Source: Eledone cirrhosa (Eukaryota). Taken from it: DNA of 64,000 nucleotides. The stretch covers positions 23,374,001 through 23,438,000 of the forward strand of contig OZ024742.1 of assembly GCA_964016885.1 (NCBI GenBank), given 5' to 3'. The notes below the pieces were generated by a model. The model did not search any database. It was not told the DNA's origin and worked only from the letters and a program-made list of their open reading frames with translations. A program made the translations under genes and the position numbers. This document shows, in pieces, positions 1 to 13,254 of this stretch (position 1 is its first letter; each line of letters begins with the position of its first letter).

Positions 1-1699
1 ATCACCACATCCACCACCACAATCACCCCCACCACTACCATCAACAACAAAAACATCATCACTACAACCAGCAAAACCTCTACCACAACAACAACCCCCA
101 CTATCATCAACGACAACAACACATCCACCACCACCACCACAACAACAACAATCATCAACAACAACAACATTCTCACTATAACCAGCAAAACCTCTACCAC
201 CACAACATCCACCACCGCTGGAACCACACCCCCACTATAACACCCACCACCACCATCGACAACAACACATAATTCTCTTTCAAACGTATAACTCTGTTGT
301 ATTTTCCATCAATTGTTCCTAGTCTTCTGCACTAGGTTATATTGTTAGATTATTCAACACAGATTACTGATAGTTTATGTTCTTACTTGCAGTTAGTTTC
401 ATTTATTCTCTATGTTTCTATCTCTATAGCTATATCTTCCGATAACCTTATTCCTTTTACAATTTGAATCATTGAAATATTGTGGATTCTTTCTCCTCAG
501 ACAATCAATATGACTTTACAAATGACTGATTTTTTTCTTAACCCTATTGACACTCTCTTGGCATGTTTAGACATTAATCTTGTGCTTCTGAGAAAACTAT
601 TGATCCCGATCTGCCCTCAATCTGTTAAATCTTATACACCGGCGTTCTACTATCTTTCTATTGGCGGTTCACATAGCTACAGTTTAGCCTTTCTGTTCTA
701 TTTCTAGAGAGGATATATACGATTTCTTCACATCTATCAGATATCCTTTCGTTCGTGTGTTGTCATGGATTAAAACAAATTTCATTCTTTTGAATAGTAA
801 GTTCAAAGCAACGTTGTGGAGCCTTTTGATGTGTAATGGGTTAAAAAACAGTCAGTTAGTAATATATTAAAGTTGATTATGACGGATAGCGGAAGAATGT
901 TCTCGTTTTTCGACATTCCATTATCGGAGAGCTATGATACAGTTGGCAATTATTTAATACCTCTTTGTGTATTCACTTTATTAGAAACCTAATTCATCTA
1001 AAATGACTAGCATTTTGTCTTGATCTCAACATTTTAGCTGCTGTATAAAATTTAAAATAGTTTATAAAATGTTTTTCACGGTTCTCAATAAACTTAACGC
1101 ACAAGATGCCGCCCATCGGAAACTTTTATTCAGATTATTCTTTGATATCAATATAAATAAAAGAACATCTTGATCAATAATGATTGGAAATGTAAATATT
1201 CCTCCTTATTTTCTATGAATTCATGCCTAATTTTTCGGCTATAACCATTTATTTCATATCCTTTTCTCCCTTCGTTTATCATATTATTCTCAGGTCAGGC
1301 ATTTGCAATGAGTGAGGAGTAATTCTTCATCCGTACTACATATGACACACTAATAGACTATATAATGTATATTTTACATACCTGTAGACTATAAAATTTA
1401 GATTTTACTTACTAATTGTCACTATACACTATATAGTATATACAAATGGAGTATACATTGTATATACCACATACCAATGTGGGCTGAACTAATTTTATAT
1501 TTCTAGAACATATTATACACCAATTGATTATATAATATATATTTAACATACATGTAAATTCTATACCTTATATATTACATACTAATAGATTATATACAAA
1601 TAGAATACAAACTGTATATATAAAACATACCAATAGATTAAATACTGTATATATTACATATTAATAGACAACTGCTACTATTACTACTACTACTGTCCC

Positions 1700-1850
1700 T
1701 TACAGTCTAAGATCAAATCCCGTCGAGGTTAACTTTGCCTTTCATTCTTACGGGGTCGATAAGATAACGTACCAGTAACGTACTGAGGTCGATTTAATCG
1801 ATTTCCCTCCCCCAAATTACTGGCCTTGTGCCTATACTAGAAAATCATTA
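1700..1850 (+). mobile_element. SINE family A, partial
   Basis: Contains the core tcaaatcccg.cgaggttaactttgcctttcat.cttacggggtcgataa, which recurs throughout the window. Confidence 0.85.
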
Positions 1851-1899
1851 TTACTACTACTACTACTGCCATCACCACTGCTGCTGCTGCTGCTGCTGG

Positions 1900-1971
<72 letters not shown>

Positions 1972-3688
1972 CTACCTACATACCTACCTACCTACCTACG
2001 TTACAGTACATTTCCTAATCTAGTTCTATGTTAAATTATGAGCTAAATCCGTCTGAAAATAACCATTTCAATACATTCCCAGAGAGAATGTCTATCTGAT
2101 TCACTGAAGGTCATATGTTGTTATTCTATTTTGTTTGCTCTAGTTATTGAGTTAAAGACAAATCTAAATTCTTTTTGTGACTATCTAAATCTCTGCTATT
2201 TAGTCTTTGTCAACTTAGTTGAAGCTCTTCAGTGAAATGTACATTTTTATCTATTATTCTCCGTTTCCTCTTTCAATCTAAAGTTGAGACGTAAAATAAA
2301 CCTGTTAGAGAACTATCACAGAGAAATTCACAGTTCCAGATTAAGATCTGACAATCTATAATCTCATGTTTTAATCAAATTTCCGTTTTCTTACTTAGAA
2401 CTAGCTTTCAAGCATCAACTATATCTATACATTTTTGCAGTACTACTATCTCAGCGTACTAGTACTGGTGTCGAATCGGCCTCTATATCTCTTTCTCACG
2501 TCGTCTCTCGCTCGCTTCTCTAGAACAAATTGGCTGTGATTAAACTTGGATAGGATATGGGCTCCGCAGAATTTAAAAAAATGCCCGTGAAATGACGTAC
2601 TCTCCTACGCGCTTACAACCCAACCATGTATCACGGGACCATACATGTATACACACACTCATAAACATATATATGTCTTATTCTGAGTCCTTCAAGTTGT
2701 GGCCATATCACAACTGCCTCAGTAGCCGTGTGGGAATTCCAATGGTTGAAAATATGGAAAATAAAATATACTTTTTGATATCGATGAGAAATGCTAAATT
2801 CGTGATTGAAATTTCAGCTATGTTTGAAATATTTACACGTCAAGACGATTGATTTATTTCCTCATGAGTTGCTGTTCCTGATTGAGTAGACATACTTTGT
2901 GGTGGAGTTAGTTGTACAAACTATTAATTGTAAATAATAGTTAGTCACGTTGCTGATTAAAGATTGGCCTCCCAATCCTTAATTTTGTAACGTTTATGGA
3001 GTGTAATATGACATATTGAGCGAGTTCTTATTTCTCCCTCTAATATGATCCTGTATGTATGTTCTGATGGTCACCTAGGTGTAGACGATATATGTTCTAT
3101 ACTATATAGCTTAGAACGAGACTGTTCCTAACATTACGGACTTATTTCCTATACATCTGAACAGAATAAAAAAGTTTTAGTAATAGGTTTTTAATGCAAG
3201 CAGTACATTTCTACTTTCTGAAAATATTCAAGGATTGGTCTTTGGTGCAGCTGTTTTACTATTGCTTCTATTATCAATGTTTTATTGTAAGAATTTAAGA
3301 AGTGTAGGCTGATTAAGAGTTCTAAGCAGTAAATCCATTAATAGAAAACTTTATAAGGAAATAAAAAGATATGGAATGTGTACGAAGATTATAATTAAGT
3401 TTGTGGTAAGAGCTTAATGTGAATTGAGGTTTCATACGATTAGAGAGGTATTTGATCATTGCATACACCATGTGTCTCTTTACAAATCCATTGGTGTTTA
3501 ACAAAAAATGTATCTTGCTACATAAGACCAATTATGAAAATATTAAATTGTATGATCGAGTGGTTAGGAAGTTCGCTTCTCAACCAGTTGCTACTAGACC
3601 CAGTCAAGATGTGTGTCACATCCTAATTACAGTCTTGTTTTGACCAATGACGTTTGAGTGAAATTTGTAAAGAAGCTGCATAAATATG

Positions 3689-3727
<39 letters not shown>

Positions 3728-3730
<3 letters not shown>

Positions 3731-4190
3731 CAATAATAATAAATTTCAAGACTAAAATCCAAAGAGGGCTCGATAAGGATAAATATATATCAAATATATA
3801 AGAACCATAGAGCAAATATTTATTAAAATAACAGATTAAAGTTTAAGCAAAGAATCGCTGCTTTCACCCTTAACGGGATCTTCTGAAACTAACAAAGTCA
3901 ATCTGTGAACGCAGAAGTGAATATTTTAAAAAACGTTGCAACCCGAGGAAGACAGGAAGACGATACTTTGGTTCGTGTAAACGTTCCCAGGCAAAGAACG
4001 GAAAAAAAACGTTCTTTGCCAGGGAATGTTTCCACGAACCAAAGTATCGTCTTCCTGTCTTCCTCCGGTTGCAACGTTTTTTGAAATATTCACTCACTTC
4101 TGCGTTCACAGATTGACTTTTTTAGTTTCAGAAGATCCCGTTAAGGGTGAAAGCAGCGATTCTTTGCTTAAACTTCAATCTGCTATTTTA

Positions 4191-4193
<3 letters not shown>
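3728..4193 (-). mobile_element. fold-back PLE-like element with an HHR variant in each arm
   Basis: Inverted arms at 3821-4000 and 4010-4193, unpaired tail at 3728-3820, (TA)n on both sides. An internally deleted copy lies at 10988-11146. Confidence 0.8.
4125..4173 (+). ncRNA. type I hammerhead motif, CAGAAGA core variant (mirror copy 3841-3889 on -)
   Basis: GUUU-CAGAAGA-U-CCC-GUUAA-GGG-U-GAAA-GCA..UGC-UU-AAAC. Confidence 0.55.
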
Positions 4194-4242
<49 letters not shown>

Positions 4243-4402
4243 ATGTGTGTGTGTGTCTAATTGTAGCTAAGATGCTTCCATAGGCGGTATGCATCACTGA
4301 CTTTTCGTTTTCCATTCTCTCTCTATATATTTAGGAAAAGGTTCAGGACCCCGAGTATTCTGGTGCGTTATGGTCCACCTGGTTCCTTACCACACTTCCT
4401 TC

Positions 4403-4468
<66 letters not shown>

Positions 4469-4511
4469 GGAATACTATTGGCTTTTTGCTACAATATTTT
4501 CTATACCTTTA

Positions 4512-4578
<67 letters not shown>

Positions 4579-4685
4579 GATACATATATATGGCTCTATG
4601 TAAAAGGTAAACAGAAATAACAGAGCGAACGACACAGTACCATGAATAATATATTAGTTGAAGGCTTGATATAGTAGGAAAAGTA

Positions 4686-4722
4686 TCTCAACGTTTCGGA
4701 CATTAGTCTTTCATCAGAAAAA
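4686..4722 (-). ncRNA. minimal hammerhead motif in a PLE 3' remnant (~4590-4800)
   Basis: Reverse complement reads UUUU-CUGAUGA-AAGAC-UAAU-GUCC-GAAA-CG-UU-GAGA. A more decayed relative lies at 29633-29752 (+). Confidence 0.6.
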
Positions 4723-6153
4723 AAAGAAACAAAATATGAAATAGAAAGAGAATGAGAAGAGAAAGGAACGGAAAAACATTTTTGACAAAAACGACGTGTG
4801 CTTTGTGTCAGCCATTTTGTAGAAATATATATGTGTGGGTCTAGAGTTATATCTATGATTACATTTGTGTCTGTGATTATTCTTTTGTCCCGTAGCTTAG
4901 TGTTTCCTCAAAAAAGAAAAAAAAAAGATATCGATAAAATAAGTACCAGTCTTGGACAAATAAAATCTGTTGTTCATGTAACCGACTAAACCAAGGTGGG
5001 GGCCACAGCATGGCCGCATCCTACTGGATGAAACAAGTAAAAGTCACATATTTTGTAAAGTGTAGATAAATCCTCAGTATCTAGATAGATTAGTTTTGAT
5101 TGTAAATTTCAACAATTTCCTGTACTGTAAGTGATACAGACGACATTGCGTGTAAGCATTTTCTTGACTGTTTGTGGTAAAGAATGTGTTGTAGTAATTA
5201 CTTCTACCGAGTAAAATCTTTTCATTGCAGCAGCCCACTTATATTGCTACTTCTGTTTAAAGAATATCATACATAAGTCAACGTTTGCAATAGTATCATA
5301 GTTTTGTAACTTTATACCAACTGACAGCATCGACCTATTCTTGATTTTCATTAGCACGAGATCGTCACAAGAAGATTCCACTAATTTATGATAACAGGGT
5401 CAACGTTTTCTAATTCCTCATCATTAGAATTCTCAGATCTTTATAGGATTATACGATTAATCACTTTTCGAAAATACAGAATTCAATAAGGTATTATTTA
5501 TACTGTATTCTGTATAACGATAGCAACATTTCAGAATGTATTTTCCTGTTATTGTGTTTCTTCAAGAAAATAGAAAGACGTTTTCTCTAAGGAATATTTC
5601 TTCTGCTAAGGAATTTCGTAGTAATAATTTCTCTTGAGATGATTTAATTGTTCTGTATGTTGTCGTTTCTGATTTCGTTCTATTCTGTTCTAAAATCGTA
5701 TTGCTTAAAGCCTGACATTTTAAAGTGTTTCTACCTATTGTCTGTGCAATAACGATCCTTGATGCTCTTTGCCGCTGCTGCTGTTATTGTTATTGTTGTT
5801 TTTTTCTAAATAGTGTTCTTTTTAGACTGACATTTCATTTGCAGTCAATTATATTGTGTATGGGTGTCTTTTTAATGTTTATTGATTTTCAATTGAAGTT
5901 CTGACTGTTATTTTCCCCTTCTATAGCACATCTACATTATTTCCTCTACAGCACCGTTGCCCATGTTTCTACTTTAAAGATCCTCTTCCGAACACAATGA
6001 ATGGAATGTTCTCTGTATTGAAATATTTACATAAAAATACCCGTTTCTCGTGTGTTCAACAGATTCATTACACTTTGTTCTTTATTTCGTCTTCTCTGCT
6101 GGAAGCTATGGAAATACTTACACTGTTGTTTGCTATCATATAATGTGAACACA

Positions 6154-6400
6154 GCATGGCCGAATGGTTAAGAGTTTACTTCACAGTCATTAAGTTCCGG
6201 GTTCTATTCCACAAAAGGACAACTTCGGAAAGCGTAATTTAAGTTAGCGTCATGTTGATCCAATGCTTGTGGGTTAAATTGGGTGGGCAGAAACTGTTTG
6301 GAAGCCCGTCCGATGAACTGTACATGTAATAAAAAAATTCAGCCATGAAACACCCTGGCTTTCTTAATTTTGCTGATATTTATGCCCCTTACACGTTAAT
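6154..6400 (+). mobile_element. older tRNA-type SINE family B (other copies ~3558-3670, 7746-7970, and 32900-33130 on -)
   Basis: tggccgaatggttaag (A box), gggttctattcc (B box) and shared gaaactgtttggaagcccg. Confidence 0.7.
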
Positions 6401-6490
6401 TTCACCAGAGGAAGATTCATTATGAAAACCCAGGGAGGTCTATTATTCAAACAGAGATACACACACTTACACACATTGTCACACACACAT

Positions 6491-6525
<35 letters not shown>

Positions 6526-6626
6526 AATACGCATACATTTTGAATATATCTTACTTTAAAGAAGAAGACTATTGTTTATTAATACCTTAAACACACACTC
6601 ATAGATGCATATATACCCCCCACCCC

Positions 6627-6695
<69 letters not shown>

Positions 6696-6697
<2 letters not shown>

Positions 6698-6940
6698 AAG
6701 TGGTTACACAACAGTTAGTTCACCATACCGAAAACAATTGTTTCACCTTAGCGGATCATCAGCTCGTAATGGGCATGGTTATACGTATAACCATGCCCAT
6801 TACGAGCTGAGGATCCGCTAAGGTGAAACAATTGTTCTCGGTATGGTGAACTAACTGTTGTGTAACCACTTCTACCTAACTCGTCCCATGGACTGAGTGC
6901 TCTACCACTACGGATATTACCTTCCAGTGTTCTACCACTA
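6696..6940 (+). mobile_element. near-perfect fold-back element with HHR in each arm plus 3' tail
   Basis: Arms at 6696-6784 and 6785-6873 with no loop (ATAC|GTAT), tail at 6874-6940, embedded in (TA)n. Confidence 0.85.
6803..6840 (+). ncRNA. type I hammerhead motif (mirror copy 6729-6766 on - has CUGAUGA)
   Basis: CGAG-CUGAGGA-U-CC-GCUAA-GG-U-GAAA-CAAUUG-UU-CUCG, with a palindromic stem III. Confidence 0.8.
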
Positions 6941-6978
6941 TATATATATATATATATATACACAAATAAAGATATCCG

Positions 6979-7013
<35 letters not shown>

Positions 7014-7992
7014 ACGTCAGCTTATTTTGTACTTACTTTTGTCTGACTATACTTGTATCATCAATTCACCTTTTTATCACCGTTTTATAATGCTTATTTC
7101 ATTATATATATTTTTTTTACTATATTTGGAAAACAAAATAGTTTTACTATATTACAGCTATATTCACTTTAACCTTATATGTACATTTAGCAATATATAT
7201 TATTCCATGTGTCTGCACCCAGTAAAAATGTGGCTGAATAACAAACGAACGAATATTTAATTCAGCTGAGCATGGCTTTATGGAAAGAGGTATACCTACA
7301 TATACACCTATGTATTTGTGTATAACTGCATCGATTCGATAATATATGTGTGTGTATGCGTGGGAATAGTATATGAGAACGTGTGTGCGTGTGAGGGGGG
7401 GGGGGTTGTGTGTGTAAGTTTGTGCATGTGCGATTATACTCATGTATGCACTTGTAATTTTACCAAATTTATATACATAAAGAGAAATAGGTATATATAT
7501 ATATATATATACATACATTTATGCATAAATACATAAATATGTATATATGTGTGTATGTGTGTTCTTATGGTTTAAACATTTGAAATTTATACATTATAGA
7601 TGTGTGTGCATGTGTGTTTGTATTCAGGCATGTACATATATTTATATTTATTGGAATGTGCACGCGGATGTGTGTAAACGTATGTGAAAGAAGTGAGTCA
7701 TCAACAAATAAATATTTCTTATTGAAAGTAGAAGTCATTTGTCGTAGCATAGACAAATGGTTAAGATGATTCCTTCACAATCATTAGCTGCTAGATTTGA
7801 TCACATGACATTGCGAGTAAATATTCTTTATCAAAGCCTTGGTCAAAACATTCTTTCTAAGGGAAAATGGGTAGACAGAATCTGTTTGTAAGCCCAGCAG
7901 ATGGACTGTACCTGTAATTCAAAAGACCAGCCACTGTGTAATGGTGAATATCCCTGAGGATTACGTTAAGTGGGCATTTCTCTCTCTCTCTT

Positions 7993-8071
<79 letters not shown>

Positions 8072-8140
8072 GTGTGTGTGTTTAAAAATATACCCCCTTT
8101 CGGAAAAAAACCTATCTTTACCTTTCCTCTTTCTCTTCAG

Positions 8141-8177
<37 letters not shown>

Positions 8178-8244
8178 AAGGTTTAGTAAATAATGAAAAA
8201 GTTTCAAAATAAATTTTTAAAAATTGACTTTACCTACTATAGTT

Positions 8245-8328
8245 ACCTTTACCGATCGGTTTCGAATCCCAAAAATAAAACGGAGACCATACGGCCTTCG
8301 TTGCAAAGAAAGATTCTCGTCAGAAGGT
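8245..8328 (-). ncRNA. type I hammerhead ribozyme in a (TA)n-embedded island (8173-8448)
   Basis: Reverse complement reads ACCUU-CUGACGA-GAAUCUU..GGGAUUC-GAAA-CCGAUCGG-UA-AAGGU. The core is intact with a GUA triplet. Confidence 0.88.
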
Positions 8329-8899
8329 TCTTTTCATTCAAAGAATATAAAATTCCTGAATTTAAATCACAAACTAGCGCTATCAAAAACTGTTCCTGGG
8401 ATGAGAGTGGATGATGTAGAACAGGTTTATCAAGGGCCGTAGCAAAGATATATATATATATATACTTAAGGGCGGCCGACGGAAGTAGAAGCTGCTAAAT
8501 GGTCGGTCGTCCTCTTGTCTATGATTTTCAGCCCCATGGATTTTATCTGTTATATTCCTTTGTTATATTGTGAATACCTTATCATGTCACCGGATTCGTA
8601 CTGAACACGGTCATTGAAATAATCATAGTATAATAAACCTTTCAAGGATTTACACCAGTCCAGCCTCCTGTTAATTTATAATAATTAACTTCGTACTCGC
8701 ACCACCAACTACACAACCGAAGAGGGGGTGGGATGCATTATGTTGAGTGCTCTCCATAATATTACACCGGGGTTGACCATACGGAACGACCAGTTATATC
8801 AAGTGGTGAACCAACAACCTAAATATATATACATATGTCCCAAGGCTCTGATACCATCAACACTATAAACACAGAGCTGGCATATCTAAGAACTGACTA

Positions 8900-8955
8900 A
8901 CTGCCTGATGAGGTCATAGCCATTCAATGCCTATCATCGAAATATATATAGCAGT
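8900..8955 (+). ncRNA. type I hammerhead motif in island 8837-9000
   Basis: ACUGC-CUGAUGA-GGUCAUAG..CUAUCAUC-GAAA-UAUAUA-UA-GCAGU, followed by AATAAA. Confidence 0.8.
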
Positions 8956-9042
8956 AAATAAAGGATTATGAGTTCATGCAATTGACTTATGTTTCGTCAC
9001 TATATATATATATATGTGTGTGTGTATATATGTATATATATG

Positions 9043-9111
<69 letters not shown>

Positions 9112-9222
9112 ATATATATATATATATATAAAGGTTTACATACATATATACATGTATATGTACATATATATATATGTATATATATATACATATATATATC
9201 TATAAGTACATATATATTTATG

Positions 9223-9300
<78 letters not shown>

Positions 9301-9369
9301 CATATGTATATATATATGTATATATATATATATATATACATATAAATATATAAAGAGAGAGATAAATAT

Positions 9370-9788
9370 ACACGGGTGTGTATGATTGTGTATAGAAGAT
9401 TATATTAATAAAAGGAATTCCAACTTTGTCTGATTTACGCGTTTTATTTAGAATCCTTTAAAATGTATAATGGTATTAGAATGAAATAATATGGTAGAAT
9501 ATTAAATGTTAAGTGTTAATTGAACAAAGACTTTCATGTTATCCCAATCTTCAGGTTCAAATTGTGTGGTGACAGTCAAGTTTGCAAATTTCAAATGTCA
9601 TTTGAAAATTGCAAACTTAACTGTCATCACACAATTTGAACCTGAAGATTGCGAAAGCATGAACGTACTTGTTCAATTAACACTTAACATTTAATATTCT
9701 ACCACACTATTTCATTCTAATAGCTTTATAAATTTTAAAGGATTGTAAATTAAACGAGTAAATCAGACAAAGTTGGAATTCCTTTTAT
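9370..9788 (-). mobile_element. fold-back element (diverged arms) with HHR
   Basis: Arms at 9408-9597 and 9599-9788. The right arm at 9636-9676 reads UUGAAC-CUGAAGA-U-UGC-GAAA-GCA-U-GAAC-GUAC-UU-GUUCAA, and the left arm retains GAAA. Confidence 0.8.
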
Positions 9789-9956
9789 ACATATATATAT
9801 ACATACATATATACATGCTTATATATACATATATATATATATACATATACACGCACATACAGACAGGCACACACACAGCAATCATACATAATGGTACATA
9901 CACACATACATACATACACATATATACATACACATATACATATGAGTACATACATA

Positions 9957-9990
<34 letters not shown>

Positions 9991-10523
9991 TATGTATACG
10001 TACATACATATATGTATACAGACGTACAGTAGTATGTATATATATATATATACATACATGCACACATATATATATATGTACGTATGGATTCACCGAACAT
10101 TTATTATAATGCTCGGTGTGTTTGTAAACAAACAACCCGAATTAAGCCGTACAGTGTCTAGCAAGCATCGTTGCTGATTTGTTCAACACTGACAAAGGAA
10201 CGCTGTACTAGTTTCAAGCTTATTCCTGCCAGATGGTTGAACGTCTGAAAGTATATACTTTCCTTATGCATATTAACGGCTGAGCAGCCTAATTTGCATA
10301 TTGAGTGAGTTAATCGGCCGGGTACCGAAAACGATAAACGGAAAAAATGAAACGAAATTTCATTTCTCACTCTTAGTACGGCTGTTACTTAAATATAAGT
10401 ATGTATACGTACATATATATATGTATACAGACGTACAGTAGTATGTATATATATATACGTACATGCACACATATATATATCTACGTATGGATTCACCGAT
10501 ATATATATATATATATATATGTA

Positions 10524-10625
<102 letters not shown>

Positions 10626-10633
10626 CAGATATA

Positions 10634-10673
<40 letters not shown>

Positions 10674-10777
10674 TATATACATATATATAAACATACATAC
10701 ACACATACATACATACACACATATATATACATATACATACAAATACACACACATGTAGTTACCTCCGATTCAACCCG

Positions 10778-10852
<75 letters not shown>

Positions 10853-10860
10853 TATATCTG

Positions 10861-10976
<116 letters not shown>

Positions 10977-10987
10977 TATATATATAT

Positions 10988-11146
10988 TTATTAAAATAAC
11001 AGATTAAATTTTAAGCAAAGAATCGCTGCTCTCACCCTTAACGGGATCTTATAATTATTTGCTCTACGGTTCTTATATATTTGATATATATTTATCCTTA
11101 TCGAGCCCTCTTTGGATTTTAGTCTTCAAATTTATTATTATTACTA
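10988..11146 (+). mobile_element. internally deleted copy of the 3728-4193 fold-back family
   Basis: 10988-11050 matches 3821-3882, and 11056-11146 is the reverse complement of 3728-3817. Confidence 0.8.
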
Positions 11147-12087
11147 TATATATATATATATATATATACTATGGACATAATAGGTTTACATTTACCCAAC
11201 GCCAGCAAATGTTTCCTTGAAACCTGTTTTTTCTTCACCAACATCCATCATGAGATACTTCTTCCATTGGAGTGCCAACATCTCTAGATTCCAGAATGAC
11301 TGCGTTTTGTATTTACAGTTCCACAGTTTCTTTTATTTTCCGAGTTCGTTCATTGTACAAACAATCCAATGATGACTCTGATATCTCTATTAATAACATA
11401 ACAAAACACAACATGCGGAAGGTAAAGTGTTTGTCTCTTGACAGGATTTTTTATGAAATCTTTTACCGCGATTATTTCTATTTCTAAATCTTTTGTCTAT
11501 TCATTTTAAAGCAGGAACTGTTCATGCATCATCGTCATCATCATCATCATATTCATCATCATAATTAACACCATCATCATAATTATCATCACCATAATTA
11601 TAATTATCATCTTCATCATCGTTTTTTCACTTGACTCTGTAATCTGTTATGATCAATTTGTTTCCACCTCATATTGCTTTTTGCAGTATCTTTGAATCAC
11701 AGTCTAGGTCTACCTTGCTTTCTTTTCTCCATACATGGAGTCTACTCATGTCCATTCTGTGTAGGTGTTCCATTCATGCCCCAACACAGCCTGAAACTAA
11801 CCACCTTCTGGCATCTTTAACTCAAATATGCATCGAATTTACAATGAGTGCTCCAGTTGCACAAGCAAAGGAACAAACTGCTCATGAAAGTAATGTGTAT
11901 GTAGCTGACCATTTCACTGCTACATATCTTTAACGTAATTCGTAGGGAGATTCAGCTTGATGCACTCCATGTCAAGTCCGCCCTGTTGAATTACAGGTAA
12001 AGCCCATCCGGATAACTTCCAAACAGTTTCTGTCAAGCGCATGTTATGACAAACAACATTTGTCCAAGATACCACTTAATGGGATAT

Positions 12088-12400
12088 AAATAATTGTTTC
12101 TACTTTAGGCACAAGGCCAGCAATTAACCAGTTCATTACTGGTACTTTATTTTATCGACCCCGTAAGGATGAAAGGCAAAGTCAGCCTCGGCGGGATATA
12201 TATAATGGGATATAAATAATTGTTTCTTCTTTTGGCACAAGGCCAGCAATTATCCAGTGCATTACTGGTACTTTATTTTATCGACCCCGTAAGGATGAAA
12301 GGCAAAGTCAACCTCGGCGGGATTTGAACTCAGACCGTAAAGGGACGTAACTATGCTGGAAAGCATGGCGTCCGACCCTCTACCGATACTGCCAATCAAA
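12088..12400 (-). mobile_element. two tandem SINE A copies nested in a SINE B copy (11920-12450)
   Basis: The family A core occurs twice. Family B sequence is interrupted at ~12085 and resumes at ~12405. Confidence 0.75.
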
Positions 12401-13254
12401 TAATGACATATGATTGCGAAGTGAACTGTTTAACCATTCAGCTATGCTGCTTCCTCTAGAAAGAGTAAATACCTAACATATGTACATTAGCCCCTACCAA
12501 ATACACGCATTAAATACATAATTTTAGGAACATCTGTGACTTCAAGTTACAGAAGTGCAAAATATTTGTTTGGAATTTTGCATAAGATGCATTGTCGTAT
12601 TGATTTTATTCTTATACATTAACATTTTTGTATCAACTTTTTGGGAATTCTAGCAATAATGGCGCACGACCTTTTCAGAATTGTCAATAATTTCTCAGTG
12701 TCTATGTTTGTAGCTGATGCTAGATACTTTATAAACCAACTATTTAGGTCAAATAATATTCTATATGAAAATACTGTCCCCTTTCTGTTCTCTTACGGTA
12801 GCCAAAGCATGTAAACGTTTCTTTCTAAGTAAGACGCTTATATCGTTTATATCGTTATGTCGTGTCCATTCAATACTAGAGTAGTAAGACAATGTAAGCA
12901 TGTTTACTGCGGAGAAATCCTATTAAGGGTTTAAACTTAGCTTTGGAAACTAAGGAGAATCTAATCAATCATGAAATATTTCCATCCACTTTTATATTTA
13001 GGTCAAATCTACAGTTCTTTTTTCTGTAATTTATTTCATATTGTATAATAATCACCAGAAATTGTGTCTGAAATAAAGTCACCTGAGAAGTTTCGTTGCG
13101 GGTCTACACAGATCACTTTATCCTACATTATTTCGGTTTAACATGGGCACCAGCACATCTGGAAATGTTACCTCTGGTATAACAGATCTAATATATATAT
13201 GGCTTATTTATTTCTGCACCACATCACTTCATGAAATCGCTACAAAATAACGAC

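Noticed and set aside
6154-6225. tRNA gene
   Set aside because: A and B boxes are present but there is no cloverleaf, and the sequence continues into a repeated SINE body.
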